Source of the DNA: the human T2T-CHM13v2.0 reference genome, Homo sapiens
Assembly (NCBI RefSeq): GCF_009914755.1
Contig: NC_060947.1
Direction: 5' to 3' (one strand)
DNA: 64,000 nt
Both the position numbers and the translations under genes were made by a program. Under the pieces are notes generated by a model. The model was not told where the DNA came from. It made no database searches and saw only the letters and a list, made by a program, of their open reading frames with translations. Position 1 is the stretch's first letter. Each line of letters starts with the position of its first letter. Of this stretch, positions 44,754-59,000 are shown in pieces.

Positions 44754-45820
44754 CTTCCTCTTTTCTGATTTGGATGATTTGGTTTCTTTTTCTTGCCTAA
44801 TTGCTGTCTCTGAGACTTCTAGTACAACATCAAATAGAAAGGGTTCTCAGTAATTTTAAAGTGCAATATTTTTAAAAGTTTTAAGACCAAAAATTGTACA
44901 AGAGTCTAAGAGGAAGAAGACAAGATTGTAAGAAAAAAAAGTCTGTTCCTCTTTCCCTTAAACCATGATTATCTTTTTTTATGCAAAGTAAATAGTCTTC
45001 TTTTAACTTCAAGATTTTGCCTATTTCTTAAAAATAATGTAATAGAGTATGGTTGCAAATAATTAACAAAAGTTAAATGAGGGAATATTTTCCTTGTTTT
45101 ATTTTGTGTATTAACAATCATTATACTTAAATATCTATATATAATACCAAAATATTAAATTCAGGATCTTAAACTGTACCCTTCAGATACAGTTTAAGTT
45201 CATAACATGAGGAAAACTGTGTCTTAGTGGTTGCTTGGCCCTTTACATTTGTTTTTTAGCTTTCTCTTTCCAGAAGTAAATATTCCCTTTTCAAACCCCA
45301 TGCCTTTCACTGTTACTCCTAGAAGGGCATTCATTACATCATGTGTAATGTCATTTAATGGCTTGTTTTTGAAAGCTTCAGCTATTTATTGCTAATGTAC
45401 TTATTTTGTAAGACTTCTATGTTAAAAGTCAAAATGTACCTTGTGAAGTAAAATTAAAATGAGGGAATTATAATAACAGCTTATTTCTATAAATGTAGCT
45501 CTATTTTTGACATGTTTCTTTAATATGGAGAACTTGTATAGAGGCTATTTTGTGGGGAGTCATTTCAACTGATGGACACTACCAATACCCACATTTCATT
45601 TGCAAAACATCCAGCCTAGGAGTTTTCTATAAGAGGGTACTAGGATGGCTATATGGTTAGTCATGATAATGTCCTGTCACAGTCTACAGTTTAGCGTAAA
45701 ATTTACCAACACCATGACTTTAAACAGAGCACACCAAAGGGAAGAGCCACACTATAGAGAGGACCAGCAATATTGAGTGAAAGACATAGTCTGTGTTTGC
45801 TTTTTGTTGAGCAACCTTAC

Positions 45821-45908
45821 TATGTATAGCATTTTTAAGGTTAATTCTATTCTCATGGAATATTATTTTCAAAACAGATGAATCATCTCCAAAAGCATAC
45901 CCCACCTC
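45821..45908 (-). pseudogene. Candidate exon C (may extend with frameshifts to a donor at 45440)
   Basis: tttcctttttttag| EVGYAFGDDSSVLKIIFHENRINLKNAIH |gtaagg; phase-0 start matches exon B. Confidence 0.6.
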
Positions 45909-47011
45909 CTAAAAAAAGGAAAATATTTTGATAATATAGATATAACTATTTTAAAAATAACATTTATATTTCAGATGTTTTATAAGCTGCATTGTTAATA
46001 TTACTGATGCATTAACAGATATATAAAATAAGATCAATTTATAATGAATCACTATAAACAAATATATAGAAATGACTGATAGTATTTAAGCTAATGAAGT
46101 ATTAAAAATTGTCCCAGACTTGGAAATGAACTGGAGAAATTCCTGGGTGTCCTTTTAGAGTATGGTTACTAATTGTCTAGTGAATTATTTGGGGGATTGT
46201 TTAACAGGAGTGTTAACTTTGACTGATTTCTCAATTTGCTAGGCTGTTTTCTATTTTGTAGGGTAAGGAGTTAATCTTGTAGAAATCTAATAGTAATGCA
46301 GATGTTTGTTTAAGCTATGCAAATAGATTTGATTCAGTAAAATCACCTTTAATTGCTGCTTGGAAAAAAATCTCATACATGGTTATTATTGTTCTATAAG
46401 ACATAAAACTATTTCACATTTTCTGCAAATTCATTTCAGCATTCTTACTAACTCTATGTATATTTTCCTTAAGTTCTCCTTTGAAATAGTTTTACTATAT
46501 TACTGGTTATCTCATTAACTCATGAATTGAATACAATTTTGGACACAATGTTTGTTTTATACTTGCAAGTAAGTTATGTTTTCAAATTTTTGAAAATTTT
46601 ACTTTAGTAGAAATAAGAAATATAATGTATGCTGACTAAAAAGGCCTCATTCGGGTACTGTTCTGCATAGAGGTGCTGCTTAACTCATCTGACCATTTTT
46701 CCATCAACAGTGTAATTTGTCAGTTGTATCCTCTCAGTTGTAATATCTATTTTAAAAAAACTGAAGTGATACTTTGAATTGTTGTTTACATAAAATACCA
46801 AAGAATTATAAAATAATGCCTGGACCCATAGTATAGTAACAAAAACATGTATACAAATACTTGATAGTTAACTTATTTAACAAACTAGATACATAACAAA
46901 TTTTAAATAATATAACTTCCAGTCTTGCAGGTATAAAGGAAATGGTTTTGTATTGGCTCACAATGGATACTCTTTTTATTCTGAGATCTTGGCTTTATGG
47001 CATTCACTTAC

Positions 47012-47049
47012 CATCTGCTCTGTCCCAAGACATTCTAAGTTCCATAACA
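47012..47049 (-). pseudogene. Candidate exon B
   Basis: catcattttag| 38 nt atg|gtaagt; (M)LWNLECLGTEQM; phase 1 to phase 0. Confidence 0.6.
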
Positions 47050-48255
47050 CTAAAATGATGAGCACGACCTCACATCTGGGTTTTTGTATAAGTTACACAG
47101 TATTTTCAATATCCCTGTCTACAATTTCTTCAAATGTAGAATTTATTACACAGTTTTGGCTGTATTTTGACATATCTAGGCTATATTTGGAAAGAAAAAC
47201 AATCTTTAAGCAAAGTCATTTGCTGTTTCAGACTTTTTGTGTAGGAGTTGGTTAAATAGGTGTGAGACACTCTGATTGGAAGGGTTCTAAGGAATTTTTC
47301 TTAAAACAGCAGATGGAAGGAAAGCAAACGGTTTTTGTTTTTGTTTAAAGGCTATTTGGATTTACTGTGAAGCTGCTGTTGGAATTATGAGGGGAACCTT
47401 CAAGTTAGTCTTTGGAAATGCCGCTAAGAAGTACAGTTCTCCAAATAAGGCACACCTGTTAATTAGCAAGTTAAAAATACTATATTGCAAAAGCACCAGA
47501 TCTATATCAGAAGACTTAGCTATTCATCCTGGATCAGCCGTCTATTGGTGCTATGGGCTAGGTGAAATTGAGTTTCCTGAATCTATCAAGCCAACTTAGT
47601 AACTCTTGTACACCTCGTGGTTTCCTTGTAGGATCAGGTATATGTGGCAACAGATTTGAAACTAAAATTTTTATAAATATAAATACTATAAACAATTAGG
47701 TCAGGCTGAGAAATTAAAACAGCTACCAAGACTGAAGATTTATTTATCCTTCATAAGTACTAGGTTCACTAAACTCATAAAAAAACTAAAATTCTATTTG
47801 GGTTAACCATGTTCTAGACCCTGGGTGAATTTTGTCCCCTAATTGGGCCCTAAGAATCTTTCCCCAGACTATGGGTCTTTGCTTGCATCTCATTTATGGC
47901 TTTTTTTATAGAGATGACAAAAAAAATCCCTCCATGAGTTTAAGATATCTTTAGAAGTATTATTTTGCCATTCTCTCTGTTTATTGAGGGTGATTTCAAT
48001 ACAAGTTTTTAGATCAGGTCAAAAGTTCTCACTCCTTACCACCAATCTTGCTTCTTTATTCTTTCTGTGATAAAAATGGCTGCTGGGATGAGAAAGGCTT
48101 AACGGGAAGGATAATTATGTTGGCAGATAAGACTACAATGCAACAGTGAAGGATCTCTTCCTGAATGTTTGCATTGAAATTACATGTACTAATTGCTGAA
48201 GCATTGGGAAATTATAAAATTAAGTATAAATGTTTGTAAAGACAGATCTGTAAAT

Positions 48256-48440
48256 AGTATTGCCAAATTTAGTGAATAATAATACTGGGTGCCCAGTTCA
48301 ACCTGAATCTTAAACAGTTCATATTTTTAGTCTAAGTATATCTAATATGTTTTATGAGACATACTTAGACTTAAATATTATCCATTGTTTATCTAAAGTC
48401 AAATTTAACTTGCTGTCTTGTATTTTCATCTGGTTGCTCT
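48256..48440. mobile_element. MER53 (palindromic hAT MITE)
   Basis: ttgccaaatttag...tgcccagttcaacctgaat...agtctaagtat/atacttagact...aaatttaacttgctgtcttgtatttt; self-complementary. Confidence 0.8.
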
Positions 48441-48578
48441 ATCTGCAATCCGCTTGTTGATTAAGAATTTTCCACACGGCAGCAGTGTTCAAAAACCAGA
48501 ATCAACCCTCATTCAGCTTAACACGTGCCAGTAACATTTTATAGACCAATAAGAATATGATTAGAACAGGAAACTTAC

Positions 48579-48678
48579 TAAAGGGGCTGTTCCTAGTAGA
48601 CTGGTAATAGTTGAAAGGAGATTCTGGCATTTGGTAAAAGGAGAGGAAGATCAAAGACATTATAATCTGCTGGTTTAG
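48579..48678 (-). pseudogene. Candidate exon A
   Basis: ttatattttag| 100 nt |gtaagt; LNQQIIMSLIFLSFYQMPESPFNYYQSTRNSPF; phase 0 to phase 1. Confidence 0.6.
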
Positions 48679-48770
48679 CTAAAATATAATCCTTCTTATC
48701 TTGGTAATAGCTGATGATACTTGGTAAATATACTTATATTTAATAAAGAAATGAGCCAATTATTTACCAC

Positions 48771-50183
48771 CTGCTTAGTATAAATCCTAATTGAACAAGG
48801 AAAGGAAATGATGTGACAGAGAGTAAATCCCTGGAGATCGATGTGCATAATGACCTTAGGGAAAGTTAAGCAATGCAGACTAAGCCCCTATGTGCCATTT
48901 ATAGTCTAGGGAGAAATCACAGAGCCAAATTAAGAACAAAATTCACCTAAAGTCTAGAGACTAGACAAAGACAGAAGGAAACACCTGAGGGGAATTTTCT
49001 GAAAACTAAACCTAGATGATGAAAAATTAGATTGTAGATTAAATTTAAAGTCCACAATGCCTAAAAACTGGCTGTTCTCGATAATGGTATCAAGAAAAAA
49101 GAATACATATATATAGTTTAGGTGTATTTTCCAGGAAAATAAAAAGAAGTCGTGAATGTGTGACTGGATTTTTACTCCCCACTCCCATTTCCTTTTTGTT
49201 TCTCTTAAAAAATTTCCTCTGAAAAATATTGGTCTAAAGATTTCCACAAAACTTCCTGTAAGGTTAGCTTTTAAAATGCTTGTAACAATTCCAGCAGTAA
49301 AAATAGAAGGGAAAAAATTGTGGAAAGAAAATTACTTTGCATTACACTGAATCTGTTTTCATACATCATGATTTTGCTATACTAAAAATCCTAGGCCTAC
49401 ACAGATACATTTTAACTGTAAAGAATTTCAGTAGATAAACGAATATCACTTAGATTTTCATATATAGTTTCTGTAAATTTAGACATATATATTTAAAATT
49501 GTTTATATAAGATGAAGCACATTGATGAGTTAAAATATAGAATTTATAGTTATTTACTTTGTCTAAACATCTCCTCAAAATCAGGTCAAAGGACTTATAG
49601 TTAATACAAATTCTCAAATGCAAATGCTCTGCTACTTGATTGTGACATCTGCTTGGTAAAGCTTTTTCATGTTAAGTATTGTGATTCATTTTGTTCACTC
49701 TTTAATGATATCTGTAAAACGTATTTTAACGTAAATTGTCTTAATGCTTCTCATTTCTCCTGAGGTGTTATGCTCTATACCATAAGAAACAGAAGTGCCA
49801 ACAATTGCTATTTTTTATGCTTGATAAAGAGAAGTGCTAGAAAGTAGAATTAAAAACAAACATAGATGACTTGCAGGAAGCATAGTGTGAATAAAATTTT
49901 CATCACTGTTTTTGACTATACTGTGTGAGAAGTTTACCAAGAAAGGTGAAATATTTCCCCCTTCTATTTTACTTAATCTGTTATGCAAATCGTTCTACTT
50001 AGAAAACACGTATTTTTGAGTTTCTATATTAGGTATATTTAGAAATCTGGGGAGATTTAGGAGTTGAGAGAGGTATCTTATGGTTTTTATGTGTCTTAAA
50101 GCAGATTTCCCATATTCCTCTGTTGCCATTTGGGTATCGTTAGAATGAACTTCCAAATGAATCCACTTAATCCCAAGGCTCGC
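48771..50183 (-). pseudogene. Cluster of four candidate exons (50183-49999, 49920-49781, 49060-48985, 48854-48771)
   Basis: Each has an AG acceptor and a GT donor (donors weak); the first three join in phase: ASLGIKWIHLEVHSNDTQMATEEYGKSALRHIKT...KYVFS-N-IVKNSDENFIHTMLPASHL...YQA*KIAIVGTSVSY-G-IVDFKFNLQSNF; one in-frame TAA. Confidence 0.45.
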
Positions 50184-50419
50184 CTTTTTAGAAGGCAAAG
50201 AGAAAACACTTCCTCTGTGGCTGAAAAGTAGGTATTATCATCTCTGGACCTAAATATCATTGTCCTTCCTCATTAGTCATGGCACTCAAAATTACAAGTA
50301 TTATCTTTCCTTTATATTAAAAGAGTAATAGTCAAACACACCGAGAGTGAGAGTGGGTGGGAAATATCATATAAGAATCTCAGAAAATGGGTGAAAAAGA
50401 AAGATGAGAGTTACATATT

Positions 50420-52158
<1,739 letters not shown>

Positions 52159-52605
52159 TGAATAAAGAATCAACATTTAAATTGTATATAGGTTAAGGTA
52201 AATACTATTTATAGACATTATAATATTTTCTTATCACACAAATTAGTCAGCAATTTCACAGAGTTTAAAGATTCAGACATTCCTTACTGATCTGAAAGCA
52301 CCTTATGATATAAGGCATATGGAAACTTTATTTTTTGCTTTTATTGTTTTGAATGGCATTTATTTTGACCTGTACAGTATTTATTTTGGAGTTGAGTTTA
52401 TCAGAAGCTTATGTTTTATCATGATGTATGAAGCAAGTTAGGAAAATGCATATATTTATTAAGAAAAGTCTCAAAGGGTTTGCAACTATTCAAGAAAAAA
52501 TATGAAAATAACCATTGAGAATCAGGAAGCTCTGGTTAAGTGGTTGTGATTTTTTTTCCAGAGCAGATTTTCAGTAAAATCATACACCTTTAACATTCTT
52601 AAAGG

Positions 52606-52607
<2 letters not shown>

Positions 52608-52647
<40 letters not shown>
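52608..52647. repeat. (TG)20 microsatellite
   Basis: Direct reading. Confidence 0.97.
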
Positions 52648-52648
<1 letters not shown>

Positions 52649-53249
52649 CTGCAAAGGGTGCTGGGGGAAATATATAGATGGGCATTCGATTGTCTTTCTT
52701 TCCCTGTTAGGATTCAGGAAGAAGTGCACCTGTGTTCCTGAAAGGCACGGTGGAGGAGAATTTAGATAAGTTCAGGCAAGCACAGCCATGAAGAGCTCTG
52801 TACCAAACTGAGAGTATATATCGTGACTTTATTTCCTGTTTCCATCTCAGTCCCCTCTCTAGCCCATTCGATTATCCCCTCAATATCTATGTTTCTGGCC
52901 CCATTAAGGCAACCTGACTTTGATTAGTGCTGTTGCTTTAACAGTTTGGTTTGGTGGTGTTTTACTCAGATAATTTCATGAGAGCAGATAAGTTAAGCTA
53001 CCAGGGTCTAAGCCTCTCCCACCATATTTTAGTGGTTAGACTATTTAATGTAACCCCTGTTTTACTCTAAGCATTTAAACTAATTATATTTTGCATACAT
53101 GTGTTCCCCATGTCATGGAAAGCAGAATAATATTGTGAAATGAGAACTGGAACAGAGATTATGCATTTGCTGAGAGTAGGATCAAGTTATGATTTTGTCT
53201 CCTGAGATGGATAAGATGGTATGTAATTTTGGGCAAGAGTAAATTGGCG

Positions 53250-53420
53250 GCAGTAGAGCCTAGCAGTTTATACCATGGACTCCAGAGTCAGACTTCCTTC
53301 ATTGAAATCCTGATTGTGACACTTACAAGCAATGTAACATTGGATAAGTTACTTAACTTCTCTGTCCTTTAGTTTCATCATCTGTACAATGGAGATAACA
53401 TTAGGATCTCACAGAAAACT
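53250..53420 (+). mobile_element. MIR
   Basis: ccatggactccagagtcagac...aagttacttaacttctctgtcctttagtttcatcatctgtacaatggagataa. Confidence 0.8.
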
Positions 53421-53614
53421 GGGTCTGTTGTGTCCAAAGTCTTTGTTCTTTCCATTACATTATGCCGACATATCTCATGTGAAAACTCATTGAGATGGAC
53501 AAAGTAATATAAACTTAAAACATCTGCAGAATGAGAAAAAAAAGTTTTAATGATCAAAATAATAAATAAATCAATATAAAACAGCATTTCTAAAAGCTCA
53601 TCCTGACACCTCAC

Positions 53615-53779
53615 TGGCATAAGCCAGCTATTTGAAAAGTGATCTTGTTTTAAACGTCTTTTAAAAACAAAAAACAGAAGAGAATATCTGTCAAACCATG
53701 GCAGGCAGGAAATGCCAAAGATATTGACCTTCCCCTGGAAACATGTGACTTCCATTGTTGGTAGCGTAGATCTGGGAAC
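53615..53779 (-). pseudogene. Candidate upstream exon of decayed gene
   Basis: tcctttcctaaaaag| VPRSTLPTMEVTCFQGKVNIFGISCLPWFDRY...SWLMP |gtgagg; a second strong acceptor (ttttctcattctgcag) follows at 53523 but out of phase. Confidence 0.35.
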
Positions 53780-54309
53780 CTTTTTAGGAAAGGACATGAG
53801 CATATCTTAGTTACCATGTGGCTCCGTAAGTATCCAGGTTTAATTAATAGGAGACTCAATACGGCCATTTAGTCACAAAACTTGCAAATTAAATTATAGA
53901 GAGAGTGAGCTTCCTTTTTTAGTATTTGATCTCCTTACCTACTAAAGCCTAAATCCTAAAGAGGTCTAAGCTAAAATAAACAATAAAAATATACGTGTTG
54001 CTATAATGGTAGAACATCAAAACCATAGATTGATTCAGTCAAATAAGAAAATAAAATGTTATTTTAAAAACTCTAAAACAAAACAAATAGTAAAGGAAAC
54101 TGATTATTGGCATTGCATTGATGAAACTGGGTAAGTGAATCTTTCTATTTTTTAAACTATAAGCATGGACTGTTTATGAAACATTTTGACAATAACTTTT
54201 GGTCAGTGTAATTAAAACATTGATCTGTATGGTAGACTGATCATCAGAATACTGCAGATGTCAAGCACACTGACACAGACATTGCTAAAAAAACTAACTC
54301 AAGTTCGTT

Positions 54310-55425
54310 GCTAGCCCCTCTCCTAGGTGATCTCATTCATTCTCTCAGTTTAGAGTATCTATATGCTTATTAGATCCAAATCCTTAGTTCCAGCTCTAAC
54401 TTATCTAAGTGTGATTTGTATGTGCAACTACCTACTTATCTAGTGTAGATGATTCATAGGCATCTCCAATTTGTCCAAAAAGGATACTTCATTTTTTCTT
54501 CTATGCTTGCCTTTTTTTTTTTCATTACAGTAAATGGGACCACCATCCACCCTGTTGATCAAGACAGAAACCTAGAAGGCTTCTTTGATTCCTTTGGTTC
54601 CTTCACTCTGTAGCCCATACCTCATTCTTCAACAAGTCTTGTGGGTTGTACCTCTGAAACATGTATCTTAATTCTGGCCATTACTTTTCATCTCTATTGC
54701 CACTATCATAGTCTGAGCCACTGTCATCTCTAGCCTGGTCCATCCCAGGAGTCTCTTATGTGGCCTCCCTCTTTCTATGCTTCTACTTCTGGCTTTCTCT
54801 GATCCATTCTCCAAATAACAGAGAGATCTATTTTAAAGTATAAATAAGATCAGGTCATTTGTTTATCTAAAAATTGTTTTTCCATTGCAATTAAAATGAA
54901 ATCCAAACTTCTCACTCTGATCTACAAAGCTTTGTTTGGTGTGGATCTTCTTTATTTCCCAGCCTCATTTCACACGACACCACCTTTTGTTCCCTATGCT
55001 CTAGCTTTCTTTCCATTCTTTGAGCACATCAGGCTCACTTCTGCTTAGGGACTTTTATATTATGTTTCTTTTTTTCCTTCTGCAGGTGCCTTTCACGGCA
55101 TAAATGTGTCTTTTGGGACTCTTGGGTCTCAGCTTAAATTTCAGCACTTCTGTGAGGCTTTCCTAACCATCTCTTCTAAAGTAACCCTTATCTATTATTT
55201 TCTATAACAACATCCTCTTTGCTCTCTTCATAGTTGAAAAAAGAGGAGTACTTACTATAACCTGTAATTATATTTGAAAATATTTATTTATTTTCTATCC
55301 TTCTCCACCAGGACATCTTCTCATAAAGGCATAGAATATGTCTGTATTATTTACTGATGGTTCCCAGTGCTTACTGCAATGTCTGGTATAAATAGACAAT
55401 TAACAATTATTTCTTAAGTGAATGT
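54310..55425 (+). mobile_element. L2 (L2a-like) 3' region
   Basis: ggtgatctcattcattctc, aaatgggaccaccatccaccctgttgatcaagacagaaacctag, ttcccagtgcttactgcaatgtctgg. Confidence 0.85.
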
Positions 55426-56069
55426 ATTATTGTGTTTAATCTCTGGTCTTTTAATTTATTCAGTCCAGCCTCAGAAGCCTCTTGGGAGAAGAGAAACTTT
55501 CTAAGGGTAACACAGTAGTTTGGAGGCAAAAGTGACCAACTATAATAGAATTGCGTCCAGTGCCAAAGTCATATGATTCACCAAAGGTCTGAGGAAAAGT
55601 TATTTTGAGGGATGACTTCATATCAGCCTCTATATTAACACCCTACCAAAATTTATGGGAATGGATCCTAAACCTCATATAACTTTTTATTCTTATTGGA
55701 TTATACTTCCTTGAGGACATGCTTCTCCTCTCCAGAAACCCTAGGTCATATTTTGGGGCATCAATAATAATGCCCCAAAATAATAATAAATCAGCACTCC
55801 CTGCAGCCTGCATCAACTAAAAGGGGTAATAGGAAAAAGGACTAGGAAGAATAAATATTTTAGCATGGATATTAATAACATATGACACCATTACTCCATT
55901 GAAAGAAACTCAAATTAAAGCCCAAGAAAACAGAGAAATGTAGAGTTATGTACAGTTTTAATTAAAATACTGGCAAAATGTATACCTTTATTTCAGTGAA
56001 ACGAGATGTGTTATGAACTGATTTTGAGTTTCAGAGGCTAAGTGCTTATTAAACATTTTGGTAAAAAAA

Positions 56070-59000
56070 TAATTTATATTCCCGCCAACAGCATACAAAT
56101 GTTTCCTATTCTGCACATCGTCACCAACTTTTGTTATTGGCTGTCTTTTAGATATAAGGCATTTTAACTGGGGTAAGATAATATCCCATTGCAGTTCTGA
56201 TTTGCATTTCTTTGATGATTGATGATGATAAGCATCTTTTCATATGCCTGTATGCCATTTGTATGTCTTCTTTTAAGAAGTGCCTATTTAAATATTTTGC
56301 CCATATTTTGATCAATTTTTTTCATATACACTTGTTAGAATTTCTTTAAATTCTGGTTATTAATCCTTTGTCAAATATTTTCTCCTATTCTGTGGGTTGT
56401 CTCTTCACTTTGTTGATTGTATCCTTTGCTGTGCAGAAGCTTTTTATCTTGATGTGATCCCATTTGTCCATTTTTGCTTTGTCTGTCTGTGCTTGTGAAG
56501 AATTTTTAAAGAAATTTTGGGCCAGAACAATGTCCTGGAGGTTTCCCCTGATGTTTTCTTGTAGTAGTTTCATAGTTTGAGGTCTTAGATTTAAGTCTTT
56601 AATCTGTTTTGAATTGGTTTTTTGTATTTGATGAGAGATACAGGTCTAGTTTCACTATTTTGCATATGGGTATTTGGTTTTTCTGGCACCATTTACTGAG
56701 AGATAGTCTTTTCCCCAGTTCTTGACACCGTTGTCAAAAATGTGTTCGTTATAGCTTTGTGTGGATTTGTTTCTGGGTTCTCTATACTCTTCCATTGGTC
56801 TATGTATCTGTTTCTATGCCAGCCCATGCTGTTTTTGTTACTATAGCTCTGTAGTATAATTTGAAGATAGGTAATGTGATTCCTCCAGTTTTGTTCTTTA
56901 TGCTTAAGGTACCTTTGGCGATTCTGGGTCTTTTTTGGATCCATATAAATTTTAGGATTTTTTTTTCTTTTTTCTGTGAATAAGGTCATTAGTATTTGAG
57001 TTAAGTATTGCATTGAATTTTTAGATTGCTTTGGGTTGTACAGATATTTTGACATTATTGATTCTTCCAATCTATGAACATGGTCCATTTCTTGGTGTCC
57101 TCTTCAATTTCTTTTATGAGTGTTTTGTAGTTTTTATTATAGAGATCTTTCACTTCTTTAGTTAATTCCCAGGTATTTAACTTTATGTCTGGCTATTGTA
57201 AATGGGATTATTGTTTTAAATTTCTTTTTCAGATTGTTTACTGTTGGCATATAGGAATGCTACTGATTTTTGTATGTTGATTTTGTATCCTGAAAATTTA
57301 CTGAAAAATAGTTTTTTTGTGGAGTCTTTTAGGTTTTTCTAAATATAAGATCATATCATCTGCAAGGAAGGATAATTTGACTTTTTCCATTCCAATTCAG
57401 ATGCACCTTACATGTTTCTCTTGTCTAATTGTTATAGCTGTGACTTCCAGTACTATGTGGAATAACAGTGGTGACAGTGGGTATCCCTTTTATGTGCCAG
57501 ATCTTAGAGGAAAGGCTTTCATTTTTTCTCTATTTAGTATGATACTAGCTGTGGGTCTGTCCTATATGGCTGATATGATTTGGCTGTGTCCCTACCCAAA
57601 TCTCATCTTGAATTTTAATCCCCATAATTCCCCTATTCCCCACGTGTCATTGGGAGGAACCCAGTGGGAAGTGACTGGATCACGGGGGCCATTTCCCGCA
57701 TGCTCTTCTCGTGATAGTGAGCGAGTTCTTATGAGATCTGATGGTTTTATAAGCCTCTGGCATTTCCCCTGCTCACATTTACTCTCTCTTCTGCCACCTT
57801 GTAAAGAAGCTGCCTGCTTCTGCTTCGCCTTCTGCCATTATTGTAAGTTTCCAGAGGCCTCTCCGGCCATACAGAACTGTGAGTCAATGAAACCTTTTTT
57901 ATTTTCTTAAATTACCAAGTCTTGAGTATTTCTTTATAGCAGTGTGAGAATGGACTAATACAATGGCTTTTATTATGTTGAGGTATATTCCATTTATACC
58001 CAGTTTTTGAGGGTTTTCATCATGAAAGGATGTTGAATTTTCTCAAATGCTTTTTCAGCATCAATAGAAATGATCATATGGTTTTATTTTTCACTCTGTT
58101 GATATGATGTATCACATTGATCATTTGCATATCTTGAATGATCCTTTTATCCCATAGATAAATCCCACTTGATTGTGATGCGTGATCTTTCTAATGTATT
58201 ATTGAATTCCGTTTGCTAGTATTTTTTTTAGGATTTTTGCATCAATATTCATCAGAGAATTTGACTTACAGGTTTTGTCTTGTTTTGTTTTGTTTTTGAT
58301 GTGTCTTTGTCTGATTTTGGTATCAGGGCAATAATGGTTTCATAGAATTAGTTTAGAAGTATTTCCTCCTACTCTATTTTTCGGAAGTGTTTGGATATAA
58401 TTGGTATTAGTTATTCTTTAAATATTTAGTGCAATTCAGCAGTGAAGCCATCAGGTCCTGGGCTTTTTTTTTTTTTTTTTTTCTGGGAGACATTTTATTA
58501 TGGATTCAAAGCCATTACTTGTTGTTGGTGTATTCATATTTTTGGGTTTCTTTCTGATTCAGTCTTCATAGGTCTGTGCATCTAGGAATTTGTCCAATTA
58601 TTCTAAAGTTTTCAATTTATTGGCATACATTTCTTGTAGTAGACATTAATGATCCTTTACATTTCTGCAGTATCAGTTGTAATGTCTTCTTTTTCATCTC
58701 TGATTTTATTTATTTGGATCTTTTTTTTCTGAGTTAGTCTGACTAAAGGTTTATCAATTACTATTTAAATTTTCAAAATAAAACCTTTTTTATTTCATTG
58801 ACCTTTTGTATTGTTTTCTTCACTGTAATTTCATTTACTTCTGCTCTGATGTTTATTTTTTTTCATTCTAATAATTTTGGGTATGGTTTGTCCTTGCTTT
58901 TCTAGCTCTTTAAGATACATCATTAGATTGTTTATTTGAAGTATTTCCTCTTTTTAGATGTAGGCACTTACAGCTATAAAATTCCTTCTTAGTAGTTCTT

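Noticed and set aside
53740-53779. PTMEV resembling the enolase N-terminal PTVEV motif
   Set aside because: Only five residues, and no other enolase motifs are visible
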